Below are positions 25,651 to 35,184 of a stretch of DNA of 56,593 bases, piece after piece. The stretch is taken from the IMG/VR virus record IMGVR_UViG_3300021300_000004; one strand, written 5' to 3'. The translations under genes and the position numbers were made by a program. The DNA comes from a virus. Within the stretch, counting starts at the first letter, position 1; every line of letters starts with the position of its first letter. The notes below the pieces were generated by a model. That model did no database searches. It worked only from the letters and a program-made list of their open reading frames with translations, and was not told the DNA's origin.

Positions 25651-28068
25651 TCATTTATTAAATTTTGCACTGTTGTATTCCTTATGACGAATTCCGGATC
25701 TATAACACAAGTCAGCAGTTTTCCATTTACCACCTATTTTAACACCATTCAAGTAATGACCTTCAACATGGTAAATAACACAAGGTATATTCTGCACATC
25801 ACAACATGCCTTGAATAATCTTGCTCTTTCAGCACAATTTAAACTCTTTGGGTGTTTGAAAGCATCAGATGCGCATTTGTACTTGCAATCATAATAAGAT
25901 GGAACTGTTGTCGGAATAATAGTGCATAATTTTTTATAAACTTCCTTTGCAGTTTTGCATTTCTTAACGAATTTATGATAATTAGTTCCAGTTTTACCAA
26001 TAGTTCCTTGTGCTAGTTTGGACTCTGATTTATTCAAGAGTTTACTAATGTTAATTCTACCAGATTTGGTTGCAAGATAATAACTGTCATGACAATGTCC
26101 TTTGCCATCACTTCTTTTGCTTAGACCATTATCTTTTTTAACATTAGTCTTTTTACTGGTTTTATTAGTTTTACTGGATTTATTATTCTTACTAACTGCA
26201 TCATTATATGCATTCAAGAATGCCCTGTAATTATCCTTATAATTACTGATTGAACTTCCGAATGGATTTAACTCTAAATCCATTGTGAATTTATTACCAT
26301 CATTGTTAATAGTTGTGCCTTCAATATACCATCTGTTTAATTGATAACCACTAAATCTTGAATAACTACTGTTTAAAACATTTGCAATAGTTGTGAAATT
26401 ACTTAAATCAAACTCTTGCGGCAATTCAGTCCATAAAAACATGTTGGTATGCACATTCTTTAAAACCGGATTACCCAACGGAACAGTAATGCTTAATTTC
26501 AGCAAGTCACGAACACTATCTTGAATCTGCTCAGATGCCTTAGCTTTTTCCAAAGCAACATTATTTGCAACATTACTGGAAACAACAGTTTTCCTTGTAG
26601 TTTTAGTTTTTGCAGTTGGATTATTCTTTTTGAAACCAGGGAAATGAGCTGCAATTTCTTTTGCATTCTTACCATTTGCAATGCCTATACCTGCGTTTAA
26701 TAGTTTTTTACGAGGATTACTCCAACCTTTGAAACTTGAAGGTGAAAAATTGTCATCATGAGCACGGACAAGCCATTTTAATTTATCATTTAGTTTAGCA
26801 CCACCTTGTCTTTCTAAATGTCCGATAACCATACGGGCATTTCGTTTCTTTAAGATGTTATGATAATGACTGCTGTAACATTGCTCTTTAAGTGTTCCGG
26901 CACATAATCCACCGTATAATGTGAAATAAATACCGTTCTTTTTAACTTTGGTAATGTCATTGTAATGTGTACTTGGCCCTATTCCACCGACAGTTACCTT
27001 ATATCCTCTTTTCCTGAGGAGTTTGGCAATATCATTCATGAGTTTTTTATCAGCACTTTTGCTGTGGATATTATCAGTATTCATGTATACATGAATGCCT
27101 GACCCTTCTTTTCCAACGGTTTTTGTTGAAGTAACCGTTTTTTTAATCTGAGTGGTTTCATTTGGGTTATTAATACTGGTTGATATGTCACCAAAGAATG
27201 CAGATAAATCTAATTTAAGTAATGTTTGACTGGAATAGAACTTATTAACTTTCAAATCATCATTACTGTTTACCTCCACACCAGTTATGATGTTTGTTGT
27301 GTCAAATGTGAATTTCCTATTAGCAACCTCTGCGGTTGTTAAGTATAATCCACCACTTAACCAATCTGCTTTACTAAATGGTTCAATATGCAATATTCCA
27401 TACTGGTCAAAATAAACATCGATATAATGACCACTGGCAAAGATAATATCCCTTATAGCTTCAATATAGGTAGTGTTACGGATAATTAACCTACTGGTAT
27501 TTTTCATTACATTGCCTTTAATACCATTATCCCAGAAACCCTGGTCATACATTGCCAATGGTTTCAGACCGGATAATGTTTCTTTCCATGCAGGATTTTT
27601 CCTTGTTTTACTGCTTGCTTTGTTAATGCCTACTCGTCCACCAGTCATTAAAAAGATTAATACTTGGTAATAAGTCTGTTTAGCATTTCCTTTCACTAAT
27701 TCAAACTTGCCTTGATATTTACGGGACCAGTCTTGACATTGATATTCATATAAACCAGTGTCCTCATCATAATCGACTTTCAGGATTAATCCTCCAAAGT
27801 TTTCATGATAAGGTGAAATAATCATTACTGCAAAAACACCGGTTGTCAGGTCAAGATATTGCGGACTGGTGAATGTTGCAGTTTTTTGTCGCATGTCAGT
27901 TTCTTTTATCTGATATTTGCTCCAATGAATATTATTCATACCATTTATTGCATTTTTAGTTAAGTGTAATGCATTTGCATTTACCATTCTACCAATGAGG
28001 ATATAAGACTGGTTTTGCACGAGATTAACATTATAATAAGTTTTTTCAACTGTTTTTGTTAAAGCCAT
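25651..28068 (-). CDS. Baseplate hub fused to a transglutaminase-like (Pei-type) cysteine peptidase
   Basis: Hub-like N-terminus; C-terminal LNCAE (C), EGHY (H), KTAD (D) triad. Confidence 0.7.
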   Translation of the reverse strand: MALTKTVEKTYYNVNLVQNQSYILIGRMVNANALHLTKNAINGMNNIHWSKYQIKETDMRQKTATFTSPQYLDLTTGVFAVMIISPYHENFGGLILKVDYDEDTGLYEYQCQDWSRKYQGKFELVKGNAKQTYYQVLIFLMTGGRVGINKASSKTRKNPAWKETLSGLKPLAMYDQGFWDNGIKGNVMKNTSRLIIRNTTYIEAIRDIIFASGHYIDVYFDQYGILHIEPFSKADWLSGGLYLTTAEVANRKFTFDTTNIITGVEVNSNDDLKVNKFYSSQTLLKLDLSAFFGDISTSINNPNETTQIKKTVTSTKTVGKEGSGIHVYMNTDNIHSKSADKKLMNDIAKLLRKRGYKVTVGGIGPSTHYNDITKVKKNGIYFTLYGGLCAGTLKEQCYSSHYHNILKKRNARMVIGHLERQGGAKLNDKLKWLVRAHDDNFSPSSFKGWSNPRKKLLNAGIGIANGKNAKEIAAHFPGFKKNNPTAKTKTTRKTVVSSNVANNVALEKAKASEQIQDSVRDLLKLSITVPLGNPVLKNVHTNMFLWTELPQEFDLSNFTTIANVLNSSYSRFSGYQLNRWYIEGTTINNDGNKFTMDLELNPFGSSISNYKDNYRAFLNAYNDAVSKNNKSSKTNKTSKKTNVKKDNGLSKRSDGKGHCHDSYYLATKSGRINISKLLNKSESKLAQGTIGKTGTNYHKFVKKCKTAKEVYKKLCTIIPTTVPSYYDCKYKCASDAFKHPKSLNCAERARLFKACCDVQNIPCVIYHVEGHYLNGVKIGGKWKTADLCYRSGIRHKEYNSAKFNK

Positions 28069-28083
28069 ATTGCACCACCTTGT

Positions 28084-28863
28084 TTATTTGCATAATGCTT
28101 TTAAAGTTGCAGCATTAACCTTACCAGTGACTTTGAGTTTCTTTTTAGGTTTTTTCTTATTATATGCCTTTTGGAAATTCTTAACTGCATTTGTAGTGTC
28201 TTTGGTGAATGTGGTGTCCTTGCCGTTTTTAACCATTGCCTTATATTTCTTTTTGGACAAATGCCCTTTGCTTGACAAGACAGTATTCAGATAACCAACA
28301 CATTTATTTTTCAATTTATATTTCAAGTTTTTTGTTTTACATTGACTTAACTTCCATGATGGAGTTGAATGTAATTTTGCAGTTTCAAACTTCTTTAATG
28401 CTTTTAAAACATTAGTATTGGTGTTTTTATACTTGTAAGTCACTAATGGAGTATATGTGATAAACTTTAATTTCCAAACAGTATGAGTATCATAAACCTG
28501 TTTCCTTGAATCATTATCAATAATAATGTAAGTATCATTGGGAATGTCAATAGCATCAGTAACAACCCAAATCGGTTCCATATTCTTAATCCAATCAGAT
28601 AATTGTTTAGTAACCTTAACATTATTCCATAACTCATCACGACCAATAATGACTTCAATTTCAAAAGTTATACCTGTACTGCCGTTATTAAAAAAATGCT
28701 TATACAGTAAACCAGTATTAACATCACGATTTAAATCAGTGATATTAATATTCAAATCAGGTTTAACATTAAAACCATTGTCACTAATAACATGCAAGTT
28801 AATTGCATTACTCACATCATTATTAACCACAAGATTTTTAGCTAAAATTTTAAAATAATTCAT
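28084..28863 (-). CDS. Tail tube initiator-position protein with C-terminal peptidoglycan-binding-like domain
   Basis: FTKDTTNAVKNFQ...LKVTGKVNAATLKAL matches the PG_binding_1 pattern; follows TMP. Confidence 0.7.
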   Translation of the reverse strand: MNYFKILAKNLVVNNDVSNAINLHVISDNGFNVKPDLNINITDLNRDVNTGLLYKHFFNNGSTGITFEIEVIIGRDELWNNVKVTKQLSDWIKNMEPIWVVTDAIDIPNDTYIIIDNDSRKQVYDTHTVWKLKFITYTPLVTYKYKNTNTNVLKALKKFETAKLHSTPSWKLSQCKTKNLKYKLKNKCVGYLNTVLSSKGHLSKKKYKAMVKNGKDTTFTKDTTNAVKNFQKAYNKKKPKKKLKVTGKVNAATLKALCK

Positions 28864-28866
28864 GAT

Positions 28867-30981
28867 CTACACACTCCTTCCGGCAGTTGTATTATTCCAC
28901 ATGAAATAATCCCGTACAACACCAATTATTTCATCAACTCTTTCCCGTTTATCAACACTACCAATGTTTAATGTTAAATTCACTGTTGTGCCTTGACTGT
29001 TATCATCAGAACCAGTATCATTAGCAGTTGTATTGAAATCAAATGTTGGATTTCCAAAACTATTAACCATATTCCTTGCAACAGAACCCATATCAAAATT
29101 AAATCTTCTTGGTGCATCTTCCATGGCCTTTAATTCGCCTTCAAATGCATCATACATATAACCCGGTGAATGCTCACCAGAACCAGTAATCCAACCGATA
29201 ACCATTCCAGCACCACCAGCAGTTAAGGTGTTTGCAATTTTCATTGCGAAATCCTGTGCCATTTGCAACATATTATTTAACTCACCTAATAATCTTCCAG
29301 GTAATGAACTTATCCATGACATGAATCCATTGACTGCATTAAGTGCTCCGTTTATCATTCTTTGACTGAAATTGTTTCCGAAACCTAATGCTCGTGCAAG
29401 GACATTAATAAATATTATTCCTAATTGTGCAGGTAATGTTGCGATAAAAGCTAATACACGGATAATTGTATCGATTACTTGATTTCCGGTTAATTCTACA
29501 TTTGCAGGTAGTAAACCACCAAGTGTTGTGATGTAAGTCCATACTTGTTGCAAACCAGATATAATCCAATTGACAAAATTAGCAACCGTGGTGTAAATGA
29601 TTTGCCCAACCATGACGAATGTTGCACCAAGATTATTTACAGCATTCCGTACTTGCTCATTATTAAAGTATAAGTAAACAAGTAATCCTATCAGGAATGC
29701 AATTGCTAATGCAACAATCATAACTGGATTCGCTGACATTGCAGCATTTAATAACCATTGTCCTGCCGCTGAGATTTTACTTGCTAATCCCAAAGTTTTC
29801 AGTAATGTGATAATACCATTTATTCCAACTGCGAAACTACCGACTTGACCTAATAATCCTATTACACTTGTTAATGGTGAAATGATTGGTGCAAATGTTA
29901 AGCTCATATCTTCCCATGCTGCGCCTAATTGGTCCACAAGGGTTTTGTGTTCTGCTTCCTCATTTGCTAATTCTTGCAGTTGGCCTTCATATTGTCCGGT
30001 TAGTTGTGTTGCATTTTCAATACTGCCCGCTTGTAATCCTAATGCTTGTTCTAATGCCCTTGTATCACCGTTGGATTCTTTCAATGCTTCACTTAAACCG
30101 GATAATGCTGCACGACCACCACCGAATTTTTGTGTTGCACCGGCAATAATGACTGATGCTTGGTCTACATTGAACCCTAATTCTTTGAATTGTGCATCAT
30201 ATTTACGGAGGAAATTATAATAGTTGTCCATTCCTCCAACGGTATTACTATTTGCATAAGCCAGTGCATTAAAACTTGATGAAACATTATTCATATCTAC
30301 ACCAAGCACACTTAACTCTTGACCGAGACTATTTACACGACCGGCACCCATACCGAAAGCATCATTAATCTTATCCAAGTCTGTTGCAGATTGTGCAAGG
30401 TTTCCACTGGAAACTCCAATTTGGTCCAATGACTTGACATACATCATGGCCTCTTCCTGTGGGAATGTGGCATTACTGATATATGAAATCATACTCCTGA
30501 GTTGTGGTTCTGCAATACCTGTCTGTGTGGCCAATTGACCAACGGTAATTGATGCAGTATTCATCTCTTGACTTAAACCCTCTGCCTCACTTGCAATACC
30601 ACTAATCTGCTCAGCAGCACCAAGCAGACTTGCACCTTCAATTACACCAAGACTTTGACTTAACTCATCAGACTCAGTTTGTGCATTATCAAGACTATCA
30701 CCTAATGCATCTGCACTTGTACCGGCATCATCTAATCCTGAACTGTCAATTGAACTTGTACTGCTACTTAACTCATCGGCACTTGTAGCTGCATCGTCCA
30801 AAGATGTGCTTGCACTATCAGATGCAGTACCTATCTCATCAACACCAGATGATAATTCGGACATACTGGCACTTGCACTGTCAGCATTAGCTTGCAACTC
30901 TTGAACTGCACTTGACAAATCAGTAATCGGTGTTTTATCCGCTTCCGTATTAATCCGAATATTTAACTCATTTGTAGCCAT
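28867..30981 (-). CDS. Tape measure protein
   Basis: 704 aa Ala/Gly/Ser-rich helical protein with hydrophobic core after TAC. Confidence 0.9.
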   Translation of the reverse strand: MATNELNIRINTEADKTPITDLSSAVQELQANADSASASMSELSSGVDEIGTASDSASTSLDDAATSADELSSSTSSIDSSGLDDAGTSADALGDSLDNAQTESDELSQSLGVIEGASLLGAAEQISGIASEAEGLSQEMNTASITVGQLATQTGIAEPQLRSMISYISNATFPQEEAMMYVKSLDQIGVSSGNLAQSATDLDKINDAFGMGAGRVNSLGQELSVLGVDMNNVSSSFNALAYANSNTVGGMDNYYNFLRKYDAQFKELGFNVDQASVIIAGATQKFGGGRAALSGLSEALKESNGDTRALEQALGLQAGSIENATQLTGQYEGQLQELANEEAEHKTLVDQLGAAWEDMSLTFAPIISPLTSVIGLLGQVGSFAVGINGIITLLKTLGLASKISAAGQWLLNAAMSANPVMIVALAIAFLIGLLVYLYFNNEQVRNAVNNLGATFVMVGQIIYTTVANFVNWIISGLQQVWTYITTLGGLLPANVELTGNQVIDTIIRVLAFIATLPAQLGIIFINVLARALGFGNNFSQRMINGALNAVNGFMSWISSLPGRLLGELNNMLQMAQDFAMKIANTLTAGGAGMVIGWITGSGEHSPGYMYDAFEGELKAMEDAPRRFNFDMGSVARNMVNSFGNPTFDFNTTANDTGSDDNSQGTTVNLTLNIGSVDKRERVDEIIGVVRDYFMWNNTTAGRSV

Positions 30982-30986
30982 AACTT

Positions 30987-31169
30987 TTAACCTACCGTTA
31001 ATATTGCATCTTGTTTGGATTTAAATTTCCAAACAACTGTTCTCATTGCATGAATACTTGAAACTTGCAATGGTGTTAAACCACGCATTTCACCATTGTT
31101 TAGCTTGTAACCGGACAAGTATAATTCTGATAAATAACCATACTGTCCGTTTTCAATATCTAAAACCCC
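30987..31169 (-). other. Probable -1 frameshift extension of tail assembly chaperone (gpGT-like)
   Basis: G GGG TTT TAG at TAC end; -1 frame open for 59 codons up to the TMP start. Confidence 0.6.
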
Positions 31170-31570
31170 ACCAATTCTTTAACCAGTTCTTTTTGCTCTG
31201 CCTCATCTTGTTTGATTCCAGATACTTCACAGATTAATTTGAAAATATTATCTGCCACACCACCTGGCATTGATGAGATGAGGTCTTTTGGGAATTCGGA
31301 TCCATCTCTTTTGAATAAGCATTTGCTGAGTATGAGATTTGTTAAATCAGTTTTTTTTCTTTTGAATGTTAAGACTGATTTATTCCATTCCTCTATTGTG
31401 ACTGGTCTTATTTGTGCTCCGACTTTTTTTATTCCGTTTTTTGTTGGGAAATCGACTGTGATGTCGATTTTGGTGTCTTTGCCTTCAAGTATTAATACAT
31501 CTAAATCGTATATTTCCTCTTCTTGTGAAAGGTATTCTAATTCTTTTTCTTGTTTAGTTTTCTTTGCCAT
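31160..31570 (-). CDS. Tail assembly chaperone
   Basis: Position between tube and TMP. Confidence 0.75.
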   Translation of the reverse strand: MAKKTKQEKELEYLSQEEEIYDLDVLILEGKDTKIDITVDFPTKNGIKKVGAQIRPVTIEEWNKSVLTFKRKKTDLTNLILSKCLFKRDGSEFPKDLISSMPGGVADNIFKLICEVSGIKQDEAEQKELVKELVGF

Positions 31571-31751
31571 AAATATTAATCCTCCATTTGATTAAAGTTA
31601 ATTAGTATTGTTATTGTCTTGTTTTAATTGAAAGACAATTCCATTATCGTTGATATAGTTTAAATAATCATATAAAAATAAAAAAAATATGTATACTAAA
31701 CATATAAGAAAAAAAGTTTAAAAAAAATTATAAGAAATCAATTAAGATTTC

Positions 31752-32147
31752 TTATTCATATTTCCTTTCCCTACGAGCAGCACGGAACTTCAAATTTTCA
31801 ACAGTCTGCTCATCAGGATTAATCTCATAGTCATTACCATCAGTTAAACAATCATAGAAATTATCCACAACAGTATAAGTTTCATTATTATTATGGATAA
31901 CTTCCCTGATAGTAACCATTTCAGGTATTGCTAACATACCATCAACAGTTTCAGACAATTCCTTATGAGTTGCCATATCCTCATACCTAACCTTTGAAAT
32001 CTCAATAGTCCAAGGGATTTTATCAGAACCCTGAGTAATGACACCATCAAAAGTCGGTGTACTTGATGAATTAGTCTCAGGAGATGCTTTAATCCCTGTA
32101 CCATACATCATCTTTTTACCTTTAATAATAACTTCCTTATCAGCCAT
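31752..32147 (-). CDS. Tail tube protein
   Basis: 131 aa beta-rich, directly after sheath. Confidence 0.75.
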   Translation of the reverse strand: MADKEVIIKGKKMMYGTGIKASPETNSSSTPTFDGVITQGSDKIPWTIEISKVRYEDMATHKELSETVDGMLAIPEMVTIREVIHNNNETYTVVDNFYDCLTDGNDYEINPDEQTVENLKFRAARRERKYE

Positions 32148-32149
32148 AC

Positions 32150-33196
32150 TTATTCAACCTCGATTCTAACATACACATTAATAGTTGTAATAACACCAGC
32201 AAACAAGAGACTGTCAATATAAACTTCCACGCAATCAACATCAGTTTTAGCAACACTATAATTAATGTCCTCTAATAAATCCAATGTATTAACGCATAAG
32301 TCTTTAACCCTATCAACTTCTTGTTTAATTTCATTCAAAGTCTTAGGTTTGTTTTTATCACCAAGGAACTTATGTAATGCAAATTGTTTCACTACATAAT
32401 CCCTTACACGATTAATATACAAGTCATAACCGTTTGGTTGCTCACTGTTCACAACAACATAACGGTCATTAGCACGGTCTTGACATTTAACAGTAGTAAT
32501 ACCTGCTTCCAATAACTTTTTACCGTTTCCACCAGTTTCAAAACTTAACTCAGGAGTTACACCGGTAATCCCTTCAACAGTTTTCATGGTGAAACTGTTA
32601 CCAACATTCATACCTGCGACTAATCCACAGTAATATGCTGCACTTTCTAATGCAGATAAAGTAGTATCACCAATAATGAATTGTTGAGTTAATAAACCGT
32701 AACAGAAATCACCTGCTAATGCTGCACTTGCAACATTCGCATCATCAGTTGCACCAGTTAAAGCACCGATATAACCGGCAGGGAATTTCATTTGGAAACA
32801 TTTTTGCAAGTATTGGTCAATCATTGGAATAAAAGTATCAGATAAAGGAGCGGCAATAAATAATATATCCCAGTCCTCACCTTTAATTTTAGCCAAAGAA
32901 CTGGTTAAATTATCAACAGTAATGTCTTTATATACAGTTTGACCTTCTTTTGTGGTTACATTGACACATAAAAGACTTGATGCACCTTTAAACAAATAAG
33001 GAACTACCGCACAACCATTATAAGATGTGTCAGTCCCAAAGTTTTCCTGAGCATCACCAACAGTAGCAAATAATTGTGGGTCAGTTTCAGTGGAATCAAA
33101 AGCACCAATTACTGCAATTTTACCACTCATTCCTGGCCTGTTAATCAATTGTGTTTTCTTTAAAAAAATATTAACACTTGGAACCTTAGCAGTCAT
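32150..33196 (-). CDS. Tail sheath protein (short form)
   Basis: N-terminal PSVNI, IAVIG; C-terminal INRVRDYV sheath pattern. Confidence 0.8.
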   Translation of the reverse strand: MTAKVPSVNIFLKKTQLINRPGMSGKIAVIGAFDSTETDPQLFATVGDAQENFGTDTSYNGCAVVPYLFKGASSLLCVNVTTKEGQTVYKDITVDNLTSSLAKIKGEDWDILFIAAPLSDTFIPMIDQYLQKCFQMKFPAGYIGALTGATDDANVASAALAGDFCYGLLTQQFIIGDTTLSALESAAYYCGLVAGMNVGNSFTMKTVEGITGVTPELSFETGGNGKKLLEAGITTVKCQDRANDRYVVVNSEQPNGYDLYINRVRDYVVKQFALHKFLGDKNKPKTLNEIKQEVDRVKDLCVNTLDLLEDINYSVAKTDVDCVEVYIDSLLFAGVITTINVYVRIEVE

Positions 33197-33205
33197 AATA
33201 ATCCT

Positions 33206-33382
33206 TTAATCTCCCATTTTAATTTTTTTGAATTTGTTAAGAACTTTATCAAATTCCTTTTTATCTTGAATTTTTAGATCATTCCTTTCAATGTAAAATT
33301 GGAATCCAACTTTTAACATGTCCGGAACTTCTAAATTTTCAATTTCAGTTATATAATCAAAATCATTCTCTTTTTTTGACAT
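33206..33382 (-). CDS. Small protein (58 aa, not in ORF track)
   Basis: MSKKENDFDYITEIENLEVPDMLKVGF... fills the gap. Confidence 0.55.
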   Translation of the reverse strand: MSKKENDFDYITEIENLEVPDMLKVGFQFYIERNDLKIQDKKEFDKVLNKFKKIKMGD

Positions 33383-33388
33383 ATAAAA

Positions 33389-33862
33389 TCATTCCAGTTT
33401 CATTTTATCCAAAATCACTCTGCAAACTTTATAATCCTCATCAGAAACAGTGAAATCAACAGGTTCGGTTGTGCATTGAACCATGATATGACCTCTTGTT
33501 AAAACATAATCCCTGTTGAATTCAGGATTAATATTCCTGATGACTGGTTTGTTTGGGAATTTATCAGTATTATTCATGATAACACTGCAAATTTCCTTGC
33601 TAACAGTTTTAATCAAGGTTATAGCTTCCTCATAATCCTCTTGCTTTGTAACAATCAAGATTTCAACAAGGTCACGGAACTGTGAAAACTCATAACCAGT
33701 CATGTTATTTTCACTTGACACACAAGCAACAAAAATACTGTTAGACTCTTCCGCAACTCTTTTATTGGGATACTGAATAAGGAAATCACATAATAAACTG
33801 TCAGGATTATTGGTTTGCTCATCAAGTAATAAATCAAAAATAATATTATCAGTAGACAACAT
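33389..33862 (-). CDS. Tail terminator-like protein
   Basis: Size and position upstream of sheath. Confidence 0.6.
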   Translation of the reverse strand: MLSTDNIIFDLLLDEQTNNPDSLLCDFLIQYPNKRVAEESNSIFVACVSSENNMTGYEFSQFRDLVEILIVTKQEDYEEAITLIKTVSKEICSVIMNNTDKFPNKPVIRNINPEFNRDYVLTRGHIMVQCTTEPVDFTVSDEDYKVCRVILDKMKLE

Positions 33863-33868
33863 AAAAAA

Positions 33869-34402
33869 TCAGTTTCTATTAATAGCAATATTCACTTTCC
33901 TTAACATTATCTCCTCGGCAATCTGACTTGTACGGTCAAATGCAGGAGCAACAAATGGACGAGGTCGTGCAGGACCAGCACTTTTACGGAAAACCAATTC
34001 ACCAGATGGTGCATAAAATGCTAATGCTTTTGCACGGATTGGATAAACTGGTCCTCTGCCGAATTCTAAGGCCATAGGGTAAATGTGATTGATGGTTGTA
34101 CCGACAAGATAAGTGTACTCATCAACCTCCTCAGCATAAATGCTTGATGCTAACATACCACTTGGATTGTCGCATACTTCACTTATGATTTGGTCTTGAA
34201 AACTACGGTTTCGCTCTGCAATGTCCTGAACACCTTCTTGACTTCCTTCATGAATGCCTGTGATTAATTTATCAACATAATCAACTGCATCATCAAAGAT
34301 GCCATCAATGTCCTCTGTTTCAAGTAAGGATTTTAAATCCTCTAATTCTGTTGTATCGACCTCAACACTAATTTCTGTGTCAAGTTCGTCCCATGCACCC
34401 AT
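33869..34402 (-). CDS. HK97 gp10-like neck/tail completion protein
   Basis: ALEFGRG...RPRPFVAPAF. Confidence 0.8.
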   Translation of the reverse strand: MGAWDELDTEISVEVDTTELEDLKSLLETEDIDGIFDDAVDYVDKLITGIHEGSQEGVQDIAERNRSFQDQIISEVCDNPSGMLASSIYAEEVDEYTYLVGTTINHIYPMALEFGRGPVYPIRAKALAFYAPSGELVFRKSAGPARPRPFVAPAFDRTSQIAEEIMLRKVNIAINRN

Positions 34403-34459
34403 TTTCAGTTATCTCCTTTCACACCATAAAAAAAATAAAGTAAGATTTTTTTTTAAAAT

Positions 34460-34831
34460 TCAGTATGCATAGAAACCATAAGACTTAGAAGGTTTTAACA
34501 TTTCCTTAGCTTGAATAATAAGTGAATCTCCATAACCAATAGTTACAGACTCATCAATATTATCATTACTGCGTATATTGTATTTCCGCCAAAGCAAACC
34601 GGCAGTCCATAAGATTAATGCTGTATCTACACTCATTAACTGTAACAGTTGAGTTTCATTTAACTGAGTATAAGCACATGCATAATCCTTAGCAGTACCG
34701 TAAAAATGAATGATCTCCTTAGCAGATATTTTCTTATTATACTTTGTAGCTGCTAATTCGGTATCATCTAATACCCACCCATCTAATTTTAATAAGGTTT
34801 GTGAAATGATTTCAGACTCTTCCATTTTCAA
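34460..34831 (-). CDS. Head-tail adaptor
   Basis: Helical 123 aa protein after capsid genes. Confidence 0.6.
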   Translation of the reverse strand: MKMEESEIISQTLLKLDGWVLDDTELAATKYNKKISAKEIIHFYGTAKDYACAYTQLNETQLLQLMSVDTALILWTAGLLWRKYNIRSNDNIDESVTIGYGDSLIIQAKEMLKPSKSYGFYAY

Positions 34832-34872
34832 ATCACCTATTCTTTAAAAAAAAGAAAAAAAAGATGTTTTTT

Positions 34873-35184
34873 TTAAGATGCAGTTAATGTAATTGACATG
34901 GTAGTTGTTTCTGCTGTGATGTCCTCAGTAGCAGTGTAATCAACATAACCTTCACAGGTTACACTAACAGCTACACCAGTACCAATAGCAACACCACTTA
35001 CTGTACAACCTCCGCTACTACCAGTACCATTAGCACATGATTGACCACCAATAGTGACAACAGCACCTTGTACTGGACCATTACTATCAGTTACAGTAAC
35101 ATTAATATCTACGGTTGTGGTTTCTTCCTGTCCACCTTCGTCATCGGAGGATTGATTATTCTCCGCCCCCGCTGGGAGTAACAA
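34873..35184 (-). CDS. Ig-like domain ORF, probable frameshift extension of MCP
   Basis: INVTVTDSNGPVQGAVVTIG...VSVTCEGY; overlaps MCP end in +1 frame; no internal ATG until the last residues. Confidence 0.75.
   Translation of the reverse strand: MLLPAGAENNQSSDDEGGQEETTTVDINVTVTDSNGPVQGAVVTIGGQSCANGTGSSGGCTVSGVAIGTGVAVSVTCEGYVDYTATEDITAETTTMSITLTAS

Noticed and set aside
31600-31640. ATTGAAAG at 31627-31634 within a small hairpin, resembling a CRISPR repeat end
   Set aside because: Single copy with no spacers or second repeat; no CRISPR array found anywhere.
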